From Phyllobates terribilis (lineage: Eukaryota), in contig NW_027362765.1 of the NCBI RefSeq assembly GCF_046119375.1, forward strand, positions 101,184,001-101,248,000: 64,000 nt of DNA. The letters run 5' to 3'. The notes beneath the pieces are model-generated. The model ran no database searches. It worked only from the letters and a program-made list of their open reading frames with translations, and was not told the DNA's origin. A program made the position numbers and the translations under genes. Below, in pieces: positions 48,310 through 61,511 of the stretch. How positions within the stretch are numbered: the stretch's first letter is position 1; each line of letters begins with the position of its first letter.

Positions 48310-48958
48310 TTAAGTGCTTGACATAGGATGATAGTGCCAGATAGAGGGGTGCTTGAAGCTGGATGTGATACTGATAATGATGATGAGGTGGTAGCCTGTG
48401 GATGCAAGTATACGGTCACAGTGTGTGTGATTTCTGTGGGGAAGCTTTGGATGTCATACTGAAAATGGGGGCTCTGGGTATATCTACAGTGGGGAGGTGG
48501 GAGCTGGATGTCACTATTCGAAGGGGTGGCAGTTCTGGATGTGGCTCATGAACCTCTTTCAAAAATAATTGTGGCTCTCAAAGTAAGAAAAGTTGGGACC
48601 GCTGCTCTAGAGACTAACTTATAAATAATAAAATATAAAGAACGTAGTACTAATACGCGTAGTACGAATGTACTTTTATAACTAATAAAAAATAAAGTCC
48701 TATTGTTCGTATGGGCTCTGTGTAATAGATAACACTTACGTTTTCCACTGAGGGCCTCATCTGATACTCTGTCCCTTTCTCAGAGGCAGGCACACAGTCA
48801 AGCTCAGAATCCGGATTCTTTCTTAACAAAACCATTTTTTTTACTGTAAACCGTCAGTTCAGTTTTTGGTCTCAGATACAGCACATTGGGTACAGCAGAC
48901 ACATTTTCAGCTTTCTTCAATACCCCTTCACTCTTAAATATTTGTTCCCCAGGTATGA

Positions 48959-49490
48959 TGTACCGCAGCTTTCCAGAACCAAGTTCTGCTTCCTATAGGG
49001 ATGTCCCCGTCCGTTTTCCCTTCTTGGGAAGTGAGTAAGGCTGGCTCCTCCATGCCTTCTCCGGGCCATAGACCCTGGATGTTTAGGGAAGTTTCCTTGC
49101 AGTTTACTGCTTCTTTTTCCATAGTGCTGCTTCTCTCTTTCTCTGCCTCTTGCTATATTACTGTCGACCTTCAGCCCACTGGCCCTGAACTTTTCCACTC
49201 CTCTCAGCTTTCCCTCCTGCACATACTTTAACGTTAGCCAACAACTACATCTCTGACTGACTGACTTAAAGTGAAAAAACATTGCTCTTCTCTGGCCAAA
49301 ACTCCTCCCCCTTTTGACTGGACCAATCACCAACTTTCCTTTGGTTGCTGTGCAAACTTCCCTGTTACTACCCCACTACAGTCACTAAACCTTCTATATC
49401 TAAGGTGCCCCCAACTAAATCTTCCCTTCCTAAATTAATCCCTAAGTCCTAGGCTTTACCTATGTCCTATACTTAACCTTATATGTTACA
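48959..49490 (-). mobile_element. Possible solo LTR
   Basis: TGT...ACA-bounded, with CCAAT and pyrimidine-rich composition like the other LTRs. No clear TSD. Confidence 0.3.
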
Positions 49491-50349
49491 CATAAAGAAT
49501 ATTATACATTAATCACATTAACTGTACAAATTAGTGCCTATAATATTCTATGGAGTTTCACATTTTACAATACTCATACAACACAATAAAATCATGTTCT
49601 AACACATATTCACACACAGTTACCACAATGACAGCTCCTGTCACACCCTTACACAGACACAAAGACAAGTTTCCATTCTCTGTTCAGGTAGGGATGCTTT
49701 TCACAGGCAACGACATTTCCCGTGAAAAGGTCTGATTGAAGATATAGGAAATCGTTTATTGCCCGTTTACTTTCACTTTTACGCAAAAATAATCAAAAGA
49801 TTGTGCAATCGTTGGCTTCTTCTCCTCTTGCACAGTTTACATTATTACAGCCCATTCCCTGTTTATCCACTATTATATGAGTACTGTACAGTAATAATGC
49901 ATTACTAGAACACTACATGGTAATATTATTTGCATAACGTCAGGGCCATATTTGCCACTAGGCACTGGAGGTCCTGTACCTAGGGCGGCAGACCAGTGTG
50001 AAAGAGAAATAACAACCCTGGTATCTTTGTGGAGGGGCTTGTTGGAGGTTTCCTTCATTCATTTGTATTCAAGCCTTTAAGACACAAATACAAATAAAGA
50101 TGCAAGAACGTTGTATCATCAGGGCGAGAGATGCACAAATCATCTAGTTGCCCCAATGTGCAGCGTCGTGATCGCGCTACTGATGTTGCTGCAGTGCAAT
50201 GAGGTCACCTTATCACACTGCTGATGTCGCTGCAGGTCTGCAAAGGCGGCGAAGACACGGGAGCCAGGAGATTCTAAGCTCTTTGTAGTGGGACTGAAGA
50301 TACAAGGAACTTTTACTATAGACGGGTGAGAGTGGGTTGTTCATTATTC

Positions 50350-51320
50350 AGTGTGAGGAACAGTGTGGGATCACAGTATGGGCGAGGGACAGTATACATA
50401 AGGAGGGATAGTGTGAGAATACTATATAGGAGGGGGACAGTATACAGAAGGAGGCATAGTAAACAGTACGTAGAGGGTGCAGCATGGGGAGACAGTGTGA
50501 AGAGGGCACAGTATGGAAAAGGGACAGTGTGGGATCACAGTATGGAAGGGTGGCAGTATACATAAGGAGGGATAGTGTGAGGGAACTATATAGGAGGGGA
50601 CAGTATAAAGAAGGAGGTATAGTATACGGTACAGAGAGGGTGCAGCATGGGGAGACAGTGTGAAGAGGGCACAGTATGGGATCACAGTATGGAAGGGGGG
50701 CAGTATACATAAGGAGGGATAGTGTGAGGACACTATATAGGAGGGGACAGTATACAGAAGGAGGTATAGTATACGGTACAGAGAGGGTGCAGCATGGGGG
50801 GACAGTGTGAAGAGGGCACAGTATGGAAAAGGGACAGTGTGGGATCAGAGTATGGAAGGGGGGCAGTATACATAAGGAGGGATAGTGTGAGGGTACTATA
50901 TAGGAAGGGGACAGTATACTGAAGGAGGCATAGTATACAGTACGTAGAGGGTGCAGCATGGGGAGACAGTGTGAAGAGGGCACAGTATGGAAAAGGGACA
51001 GTGTGGGATCACAGTATGGAAGGGGGGCAGTATATATAAGGAGGGATAGTGTGAGGGCACTATATAGGAGGGGACAGTATACAGAAGGAGGTATAGTATA
51101 CGGTACAGAGAGTGTGCAGCATGGGGGGACAGTGTGAAGAGGGCACAGTATGGAAAAGGGACAGTGTGGGATCAGAGTATGGAAGGGGGGCAGTATACAT
51201 AAGGAGGGATAGTGTGAGGGCACTATATAGGAGGGGACAGTATACAGAAGGAGGTATAGTATACGGTACAGAGAGGGTGCAGCATGGGGAGACAGTGTGA
51301 AGAGGGCACAGTATGGAAAA
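50350..51320. repeat. Purine-rich ~163-bp tandem repeat (~6 units) built from ~16-bp CAGT(A/G)T subunits
   Basis: GGGATCA(C/G)AGTATGG recurs at 50367, 50531, 50678, 50841, 51005 and 51168. Confidence 0.92.
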
Positions 51321-51690
51321 ACGGTTGTTATATGTATCTTTATGTATCTAAAAGCAGTATCACTGTGGGAAATATGTTATTATCACCTTATAAAGAGAGC
51401 ATTCACGTAGTGTATTTTGTTATTTACCATGAGTAAGAATGCTTTTTCTTCAAAACACGTTGGTTTCCCTTTCGTTTTCAATCTCTTTTTACGTATATTT
51501 TTATATAATAAAGAAGGAATTACCGTACCTTTTATCTGGAGTGCTGGACTACCTGCAGTTTATCTGCATGACCTGTTTGTGGGAAGCCAGCCCTTGGTTA
51601 TACACCAAGGATCATAAAGATATTGATTGTTTCCTTTGCCGGAAGCCATGGTGAGCCTTCCTTTTTTTCTTTTTGTAGTCAATACTTTAA

Positions 51691-52621
51691 CCCCTTAGTT
51701 ACCACTAGACGTCTTTGTACTGACCTGCGATATAAGAGACTAGCGTTCCCCGCCAGGTGACAAACCTGTAACTGTCACCTGTACACTATAGCTGACAACT
51801 TTCTGCATCAGCCATGATCAGTGTTGGCACCGACCATGGATGTTTAACCCCTTAGATTCTGCTGTCAATAGTGACTACAGAATCTAAATAGTTAACAGTG
51901 TGTGTGGGGGGGCTCAATCTTTAACCTCATCGGCATCCTGAGATCTTGACCATGTGGTCCTGATGTTCTCCATGGCAGTCCATGGCCAAATAACGGCCTT
52001 AGAGTCTGCTGGCTATAGCGGCCTGTTCAGAAGTTATCAAAATTTAGGTGATAAAAATATAATTTTTCATTGTTATGCCACTTTCTATTACTTCCTGAAC
52101 TACCTGAAAGCAATTTTAAATACGTTGAGGTGTGCGGTTTTTAAAATGGTGTCACTTTTGGGTGGTTTCCAACACGTAAGACCCCCAAAGACACTTCAAA
52201 ACTATCCCTATAAAAATAAGTTTTGTACATTTCCTTGAAAAAATGAAAAATTACTGTTACATTTTTAAACCTTTTAAAATGCTGACAAAATAAAACAAAA
52301 CTTTACAAATGGTGCTGATGTCAATCAGACATGTGGGAAATGCTATTTATTAATGTTTTTGTGTGGTATGACTATTGGGATTAAAGGGATAGTCATTCAA
52401 AGTTTGAAAATTGCAATTTTTAAAACATTTTTGTTAAATTTGTGATATTTTTATGCATAAACGCAAAATATATCAACCTAAATTTACCATTATTATAAAG
52501 TATCATGTGTCACAAAAAAAACAATCTCAAAATCAATGGGATATGTTGAAGCACTCCAGAGTTATTACTACATGAAGTGACACTGGTCAGATTTCCAAAA
52601 ATTGGTCCAGTCACTAAGGTG
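51691..52621. mobile_element. Non-autonomous piggyBac element
   Basis: TTAA TSD and termini CCCCTTAGTTACC / GTCACTAAGGTG. Homologous to 36868-38437 without the L1. Confidence 0.85.
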
Positions 52622-52658
52622 TTAAAGAATAAGACCGTGTGGAGGCCATGTATCATAA

Positions 52659-53560
52659 GGCTAAGTGTCCACGATGCAGAAATGCTGCATATTTTTTCCG
52701 CTTCTCCCTGGCAGGAAAAGCGCATGCGTTTTTTACATGCGTTTTTCCCGCCAGGTAGAAGTGTTTGTCAAGCGTTTTTGCATGCATTTCTTCATGCGGG
52801 TTATCAAGCGCTTTTCCAAGCGATTTTAACATGACTTGGAAAAGTGCTTGACAACTTCGTCACACTATATAAATCCATGCAACCGGCAGGGATTTATAGT
52901 AGTGTGACCAAGTTAGTTAAAAAAAAAAAGAATAAGAATGGTAAAAAAATAAAGATTATACTCACCCTCCGATGTCCTCCCGGTGTTCTCTCCGCTGCGT
53001 CCGGTCTCTTGGGCGGCTCGCGGTGTTGTGAAGGACCTGCGGTGACGTCATTGAGTCATGTGTCAGGTCACATGATTCAATGACGTCATGGCAGGTCCTT
53101 CACAACACCGCGACCCATACAGCAGACCAGATGGAGCAGAGAAAACACCGGGAGGACATCGGAAGGTAAGTATAATCTTTATTTTTTATTTGAAATTCTT
53201 TTTTTTTACAGTTTCTATGGTACCCAGGTCTGAATGAGAGTCTCCTCTCCTCCAGACCTGGGTACCATCCGCACATTGAACCGTGTGATATCCGCTTGTG
53301 CAGATGCAGTGAGGGCGGATGTCACGCGGTCCAATGCAAGTCAATGGCGGCAATTACACTGCGTTTCCGCAAAATTAATGGACATGCTGCGGATTTTTCC
53401 GCAATGATAATCCGCAGCGGAAATTTCCGCAGCATGTGCACAGCACATGTGGATTATCATTGGGGACCATGGGGCACGTATTACCAAGCGGTTTTTAAGC
53501 GTTTTCGCTGCGGAAATTCCACGGCAAAACGCTTGAAAAACGCATAGTGGGCACACAGCC
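52659..53560. mobile_element. Harbinger-type MITE (family of 32309-33300)
   Basis: Termini GGCTAAGTGTCCACG / GTGGGCACACAGCC, TWA flanks and a central palindrome. Confidence 0.75.
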
Positions 53561-54137
53561 TTAGACGGACAGTGTAGAGGTTATTTTTTGTGCATGGAGC
53601 AGAGTGAGGAACAATTGTTTTTCAGGGGCTCAGAATAGGACTTAGTTAGGCCACAACGTTGGTGGATATTGCTAGATGGGGTGCCCCATAATGACACTTA
53701 TTTTTAAAGGCACTGTGTCGGGATGTGTTGCAGAAGGCCGGAGAAGAGGGAGGTTTGCAGAGGCGAACTCTGGATGGGAAAGGTCACCCTGGCATCAAAA
53801 CCAGGTGAAGAAGAAAAGAAAGAAAGTGACTCAAATCAGAGAAGATGTCACCTATAAGGTAACTGGATCTAAGAGTGCATTTACGCAATTATGGCCCTTT
53901 AAACAACCAGCGAACGTTTATATGAAGCTGATCAGCGGTCGTTTAATAGCCTTTTTAGACAAGCTGACCACACTTTCATGGTTAGCATATGGTGCCGAGA
54001 ACAATTATACTGAATATAGGCAAACTTAAAAATAATTTCAGTCTCCGAGCAAACGTTTTTCTCATGCCTCAAGTAATTGTCAGCGAGTGTAAATGCTCCT
54101 TAATGAGTAACTAAACTTTTGGGAGATATTCTCTTAA

Positions 54138-56129
54138 CTCCTTCACACCGTGGCCAATTTTTGTTTTTGTGTTTCCGTTTTTTCCTCCCCTTCGTACCAG
54201 AGCCATTACTCTTTTATTTTTCTGTCCACATAGACATATGAGGGCTTGTTTTTTGTGGAACGAATTGACATATGGCTATGTGTCATTCTAAAGTATGTTT
54301 TACCACATAGTGTACTGGAAAATGGGAAAAAAAATTCCAAGCGCGATGCAATTGTGAAAAAAACCAATTCTGACTGTTTTTTGGGAATTGTTTTTACAAT
54401 GTACATTTTGTGGAAAAAATTACCTTGCAATATGATACTCCTCATCGATACGATTACACTGATACCCAAAATGTCCTTTTTTTTTATTATCTTAGTGATG
54501 AAAAAAATAATCAGAAGTTTGCAAAAAAAAATTTTTGTGGTTGTGTCGCCATTTTCCGAGACCTGTAACATTTTTATTTTTTGTCTGATGAAGCAGTGTG
54601 CTGGCTTATTTTTTGAGAAGTGAGACAACATTTTTATTTATACTATTTTGGGATGGATGTGAGCTTGTTATAGCCTTTCTTGTAGAATTGCGGCAACCAA
54701 AAAAATTTTATTTTGTCGTTCTTGAATTTTTTTCGTTTACGTTGTTTACTGATCGATTTAGTTGTTTTATATTTTGATATATTGAACTTTTCTGAACGCG
54801 GTGATACCAAATAGGTGTAGATTTTTTTAAACAATATCGTTTCTTTCAATGGGAGAAAACTCTCCCTCTTCTGGTTGGTTCCACAGGGTCTGGTTTGGAC
54901 AGTAGATGGCATTCTTCTTGCACAAAAGCCACAGGGCGCTGGGGATTTTTGTCTCTTACCGTATTTTTCGAACTATAAGACACACTTTTTTCCCCTCAAA
55001 TTTTGGGGGAAAATTGGGGTGCGTCTTATAGACCGAATGTAGCTTACAGGGGAAGGCGGCGGCAGGAGTCGGGCGATGCTGCGGGTCCTGCGCTTGGAGG
55101 AGGGGGAAGTCTGGAGGTGCGATGCTGCATGTCACAGGGTGGTAAGCGGGGGTGTTGGACGGCGCATGGCGGTTCGGGGGCTCCCCCGACATTTTGTGAA
55201 AGTCCGGAGCCCCCGCACTTCCATGTTCTCTATGCAGTGGACTCTGGGAAAATGGCCGCCAGAGGCCGTGCATGCGCAGATTTTGATCTCGGGAGCTGAG
55301 ATCTCAGTGCCGAGATCTCAATCTGAGCAGGCGCCGCATCCGGCGGCCATTTTCCTAGAGTCCACCGCATATAGGATATGGAAGTGCGGGGGCTCCGGAC
55401 TTTCACAAAATGTCGGCGAAGCCCCTGCACCGCCGAGGACCGTTCAACACCCCCTCTTTCCACCCTGAGACATGCAGCGTCGGACCTCCAGACATCCCCT
55501 CCTCCAAGCGCAGGACCCACAGTATCGCCCGACTCCTGCTGCCGAGCACCGCTGAGCAGCCCCTTCTTCCAGCCTGGGATGGGACTCCCAGCATCACCCC
55601 GCAGCATCGCACCTCTGCACACCTCCTGTGTCCCCACTCCACCACCGCCGCCGCCCCTCGCCGGTAAGCTGAATTCGGACTGTAAGACGGACCCCCATTT
55701 GACACATTACATTTTTTCCCCTATTTTCCCCCTGAAAATTTGGGGTGCGTCTTAGTCCGAAAAATTTGGTATGTCTCACCTTCTTACAGGAGCTCGGTAA
55801 TGACAGGCACGAGGGTCATCAGCTGACCCCCGGCTGTCATGACAACCTATTTGCGACCCACGATTATGTCACAGGTGTGCCAATGGGCGGAGAGATTGAT
55901 GCACGCATGTCGGCGCGTGTTAAATGCATCTGTCAGAGAGTGACAGTGACATTTAATAGGTTAACAATTGTGGGCGGAGCACCACTCCAACAAGCATTAT
56001 TAGCGGCAGGTCCTGGCTCTAATACACAGCCACCACCTACCAGGTATGGGACGGGCTCGCTGCAGGAGCCCGCGCCATACACTCGTTTCCGACATGCTCT
56101 GTACATGTACGGCGGATGTGATGAAGGGG
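54138..56129. mobile_element. Non-autonomous piggyBac element (different family) with nested MITE
   Basis: TTAA TSD and termini CTCCTTCAC / GATGAAGGGG. Confidence 0.75.
54959..55769. mobile_element. Tigger/pogo-type MITE with GC-rich interior
   Basis: TA TSD and TIR CCGTATTTTTCG.ACTATAAGAC.CAC / GTGCGTCTTAGTCCGAAAAATTTGG. Confidence 0.85.
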
Positions 56130-57287
56130 TTAATATATTTTCATCTCTTTAATACTGAGCTGATGAGTGAGGGTCTGAATCACCCAAAAAGTAGAGTTAG
56201 TCCAACAATCCTGACCCAGGCTCCAACTGCTCAGAGTTGAAGAACCTAAAACATTAAAACTATCTCTTAAAAGTTAAATGTTTAATAGTGCTACTACATG
56301 TGTCTAATCAATACTTTATTCCAGTATGGCCGTTGTCCAATGGTGTTTGGTAACAATAACTCCCAGCATCTCCTTACCATTGTTAAATACATACTTGGAG
56401 TTGCAGGTTAATGTAATACTATTGTATATGCTGCACTAAACTTGATGCTGTATTCCTGTACTGAGAATTATTCTGGTGATGTATTCACATACTGATGGTG
56501 GTTCTGGTGCTGTATTCATGTACTAATAGTGATTTTGGTAATGTATTCATGTAAAGATAGTTCATGATGATAGTTCTGATGTACAGTGTATTGATGTACT
56601 AATGATAGTTCTTGTGACATATTCATGTACTGACGGTGGTTCTGGTGTTATATTTTTTTACAATGGTGGTTCTAATGTAGCAATCCTTAAAGGGGTGGTC
56701 TGAAATATAAACTAATTTTCATCCTATATCCCTATCTATTTAATGCCATAATCAGAACTATTTTCTAATAAAAATTCTCTATCCTTCCCTAACTACAATA
56801 ACTGTTTTTTTTCCTACTTCCTTTTTTACCTTCATTTCAGGGGCTGGCAAGTCCCTGTGTGATGTACACGGTATGACGTGCACACTGACAGTAAACTCTC
56901 ACAGTGGGTTCTTTTTTCCCACACCAAAACCCCCATTTTATCATGTCTTCAGCAAAAAAAAGTCAGTATTTTTTCTCAGGAGTGGAAGACAAAACCAGGT
57001 AAGGAACTATCAGAGAAAAGGTATAATAGAAACAAGTGCACCAATTCTGCATTTATCACCAACTCCTGGTTTTGGCTCCCACTGCTGAGAAAAAATACTG
57101 ACCGAATACTGACCAAATACTGATAGTGGGGCAATTGCCTAAAAGTGACTATAGCAGCATAAACTCTACATACTGCCTTGCATGTTGTATAGAGGTATCT
57201 TTTACACAATGACAGATAGTATTGTGTAGGCCATGTATGGCAGTAATCTGGTAGCAAGTATATAGGTGGGGTTGTGTTACATGCATA

Positions 57288-58512
57288 TGTGGCGCCCCTG
57301 AAGGTTCGGTCGCCACAGAGGTACTGCATCTCAGCCAGAGATGTGGCATCTCACTCTCAGGTAACGAAGGAGTACAGCTCAGGACGCTAACACCTGCATC
57401 CAACACACACCACTCCAGCAGGAGGGGCAAGATGTCTCCCACGTACTTGCTGAGCCCCTTTCCTGGCTGGAGTGGGGGAAACCTAGCTGGTAAGGGGAAC
57501 CACATAGTGGGTGTGGGTGGAGGAAGTTGTTAAGGGTAGCACATAGAGGAAGATATAAGTAGAGAAGCCATCTTAGAAAGACAGATTAGTCAGAGGAGAA
57601 GTGAAGGAGCAGAGGCTCTGCAGGAGCTCTGCTCCAGAGGCGGGCCCAGTCAGTGAGGCCTAAGTCTGAGAGGAAGGAGAGAAAAGATAGGAGAGGGAGC
57701 AGGAAGGCTCCAGGAACCAGAAGAAAGGACCCTAGGGGTACGGGTCATGCAGAAGGCCACCCGTACGCCCGCATCTATCGGGAGGTGGAGGGGTCAGGCT
57801 GCATAAAGGGAACCGGGTCCCTCAGCTAGCAGAAGACTGTACATCTTAACTAGAAACCGGAGGCTGCAGTATTTCATGTCCTGTAGCCAACAGTCCATAT
57901 CAGTCTCTCCAGGAAGGTAGCTATATAGGACCCAGGGGATGGAACAGACGTCGCCCGCCAAGGCCCGCAGGTACTGGACTGGGACACTTGGTATGAGGTT
58001 CAGGGAGACAGCCAGAGAGAAGACACAGAAGGGGGTCCTGCTACGTAGTCCGGAGCTACCTGGGGGTGGACTGAGCCCCTCACTGAGTAAACGCAGCTCT
58101 GCACGGGAAGTTACTTTGACGTCTGTAACTTGGACTGCAATAACCATTAGTAAAGACCCTGAGGACTGCATTTCCTTGCCTCTGTGTTTCTTGCTGCGCC
58201 ATCAACCCCTGCACTACATCGCCCAGCACAACCAACATCATCCACACTGCCCTGGAGCTCGCTCTTCCTGTGGAGAGCCACACCATCCCTGTTGCAGTAA
58301 CATCAGCTTCAGAGGACTGCTCCGCAGCGGCGGCTCCCTTTAGCCGCATTCCACAGGTGGCGTCACAAACTCTATAAAAACTCTATAAATCCCCTAGACA
58401 TAACCCCTTTTATCGGCTGCCCTGGGTCACGGACCGGGTCACCGCCACTGTGACATTTCCCCAGCATCCACCGGCCCGGCATCGGGCACCCCACGGCCCA
58501 GGGGGCGCGTCA
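57288..58512 (+). mobile_element. Solo LTR of a Gypsy-type element
   Basis: Termini TGTGGCGCCCC / GGGGGCGCGTCA with an AGTAAAG poly(A)-like signal. The 3' part is related to the LTR at 60416-61489. Flanks CATA/TATA. Confidence 0.8.
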
Positions 58513-58999
58513 TATACAATGACAGAGAGGGAACCTTATCTTTACATGGGACCCCATTTTCTCCTAAACTATCCCAGCTACACCCCTTTTAATTACTGGG
58601 AGCCATTATCTGACCAATTCCATCATGTTACTATTCTCTGAATGGTTAATGGAGTGTTGCGCACATAACTGGATTCTCATTCATTTCTCGGCTCTTGGAA
58701 TCCTGGCTATAAACACAGGAACGGGAATGTTGTCTGGATCCAGTCACGGCTCCGGAGCTGGAATCTCTCACTGCATTCACCAAGTTCATTCCTCCTCCTG
58801 ACACCAAATCACAAGAGTATGAGAAAGACGACAAGTAAATGAGAAATATCCACTGCTAATGCACAAACTGACGAAGTGACTGTAAGCTCCATGGACGAGC
58901 CTCTTCCGTACGTGTCCAAGAGCATCCAAACACTTTACACCAGTGCGATGGGGAATGTGGTGCAGAACTCCAATGTGTGAAAGTAAAAATAGGTACAGA

Positions 59000-60415
59000 A
59001 GCTCAGCACACAGTATCACAAAATAGGATTAGATACAGGGGCTCAGCAGACATCACGTGATAGGATTAGATACAGGGGCTCAGCACACAGTATCACAAAA
59101 TAGGATTAGATACAGAGGCTCAGCAGACATCACGTGATAGGATTAGATACATTGGCTCAGCAGAAATCACGTGATAGGATTAGATACAGGGGCTCAGCAG
59201 ACATCACGTGTTAGGATTAGATACAGAGGCTCAGCACACAGTATCACAAAATAGGATTAGATACAGAGGCTCAGCAGAAATCACGTGATAGGATTAGATA
59301 CAGGGGCTCAGCAGACATCACGTGTTAGGATTAGATACAGAGGCTCAGCACACAGTATCACAAAATAGGATTAGATACAGAGGCTCAGCAGACATCACGT
59401 GATAGGATTAGATACAGAGGCTCAGCAGACATCACGTGATAGGATTAGATACAGGGGCTCAGCAGACATCACGTGATAGGATTAGATACAGAGGCTCAGT
59501 AGAAATCACGTGATAGGATTAGATACAGAGGCTCAGCAGACATAACGTGATAGGATTAGATACAGGGGCTCAGCAGACATCACGTGATAGGATTAGATAC
59601 AGGGGCTCAGCAGCCATCATGTGATAGGATTAGATACAGGGGCTCAGCAGCCATCACGTGATAGGATTAGATACCGAGGCTCAGCAGACATCACGTGATA
59701 GGATTAGATACCGAGGCTCAGCAGACATCACGTGATAGGATTAGATACAGGGGCTCAGCAGACATCACGTGATAGGATTAGATACAGGGGCTCAGCAGAC
59801 ATCACGTGATAGGATTAGATACAGGGGCTCAGCACACAGTATCACAAAATAGGATTAGATACAGAGGCTCAGCAGACATCACGTGATAGGATTAGATACA
59901 TTGGCTCAGCAGAAATCACGTGATAGGATTAGATACAGGGGCTCAGCAGACATCACGTGTTAGGATTAGATACAGAGGCTCAGCACACAGTATCACAAAA
60001 TAGGATTAGATACAGAGGCTCAGCAGACATCACGTGATAGGATTAGATACAGAGGCTCAGCAGACATCACATGATAGGATTAGATACAGGGGCTCAGCAG
60101 ACATCACGTGATAGGATTAGATACAGAGGCTCAGTAGAAATTACGTGATAGGATTAGATACAGAGGCTCAGCAGACATAACGTGATAGGATTAGATACAG
60201 GGGCTCAGCAGCCATCACGTGATAGGATTAGATACAGGGGCTCAGCAGCCATCATGTGATAGGATTAGATACAGGGGCTCAGCAGCCATCACGTGATAGG
60301 ATTAGATACCGAGGCTCAGCAGACATCACGTGATAGGATTAGATACCGAGGCTCAGCAGACATCACGTGATAGGATTAGATACAGGGGCTCAGCAGACAT
60401 CACGTGATAGGATTA
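59000..60415. repeat. 37-bp minisatellite (some 41-bp variants), ~38 units
   Basis: Consensus CACGTGATAGGATTAGATACAG(A/G)GGCTCAGCAGACAT. The array is cut on the right by the Gypsy LTR. Confidence 0.97.
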
Positions 60416-61489
60416 TGTGGCACCCCAGGGGTCTGGTTGCCACAGTGATAGAAATATCATGTCTGAGAGCAAGTGGGAGTTTCCTGGACAGGAGCCCTTA
60501 AACATGCAACACCTCCTGTCCCAGACCAGATAGGGGAGGAACCTGCCCTATATAAACTGGGTCTGGGGCGGGGTTAGCGGAGAGAGAACAGAGAGAGAAC
60601 AGAGAGAGAACAGAGAGAGAACAGAGAGAGAACAGAGATAGAGTTCAGAGAGAGTGAAGTTCCAGACACAGGGAAAGCAATAGCTAGGAGCTCTGTAGGA
60701 GCAGGAGCTGAGTGCCAGGGACTGGAAGCAGATATTGCTCGTCCTGGCTGAAGACACTACGACCAGACAACGGAGTCCGAGGCTGTGGGGATCTCTAAGT
60801 CCAGCAGCAGAAACCAGCCGGCAGGGGACTCCAGGTCCTCTGGCCATAGAAGCCCGGAGGCTCAGTCACGAGCAAGGGACCAGCACCGCCATCGAAGAGC
60901 GGAGGCTATCAGAAGGCCCCAGGTCACCAGCCATACGGGTGAGCACCACACGGTATACTCAGGGACGTGGGCTACTTCCACTCGCTTACAGCAAGGTAGC
61001 CAGGAAGAGTGCAGACAGATGGGGAGGCCTACAACTCCACCTGGCCAGGGGAACTCCTGTTTGTTCACAGACTGACCATGCCTCTTATGCTAGCCAGTAC
61101 TCCCGGGAGGGTCTGCCTTATCATCATCAGTAAAGACCCTGAACTGCACTGCAAAGACTCTGAGTCGTTCCTGCTTCACCCGTGCACCATCACTCCCATC
61201 ATCCACACTCACTGCCCTGAGGCTATACTCCTCCCGTGGGGAGTTGTCCCATCCTCTGCTGCGCACACAACACCAGCCTCAGCGGTCTGCCTCGCAGCGG
61301 CGGTACACCCTGACCGCAATCCACGGGTGGCGTAGTTGGACATTAAATCATAAAAACCTTATAAAAGACTGCCACTGGTTTGACCACCCTGAGCCACGGG
61401 ACCGGGTCGCCGCCACGGAGACTACAACCCCCAGAGACCCGGCTCCGGGTAACCCACACGCGTGCACACACGGCCGAGGGGGTGCGTCA
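60416..61489 (+). repeat. 5' LTR (1074 bp)
   Basis: Termini TGTGGCACCCC / GGGGGTGCGTCA. TATATAAA near 60549 and AGTAAAG near 61129. Confidence 0.88.
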
Positions 61490-61493
61490 ACTT

Positions 61494-61511
61494 TGGCGTA
61501 GTCGGCAGGAT
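61494..61511 (+). other. Primer-binding site complementary to tRNA-Ser
   Basis: TGGCGTAGTCGGCAGGAT is the 18-nt complement of the 3' end (..ATCCTGCCGACTACG-CCA) of vertebrate tRNA-Ser(AGA/TGA). It lies 4 nt after the LTR. Confidence 0.9.

Larger units (their letters stand above)
42400..48604. mobile_element. Old hAT MITE inflated by nested insertions
   Basis: Termini CAGGGTCC / GGGACCGCTG with subterminal GTGGCTC repeats at both ends. Imperfect 8-bp TSD CGCTAGAC / CTCTAGAG. Confidence 0.5.

Noticed and set aside
50348-51223. 291-aa ORF on the - strand and overlapping ORFs
   Set aside because: These are translations of the 163-bp tandem repeat, low complexity, with no domain features.
58669-58980. 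Exon-like unique sequence with a long + frame interrupted by one TGA
   Set aside because: No family could be recognised and no convincing splice sites were found; a BLASTX search would be needed.
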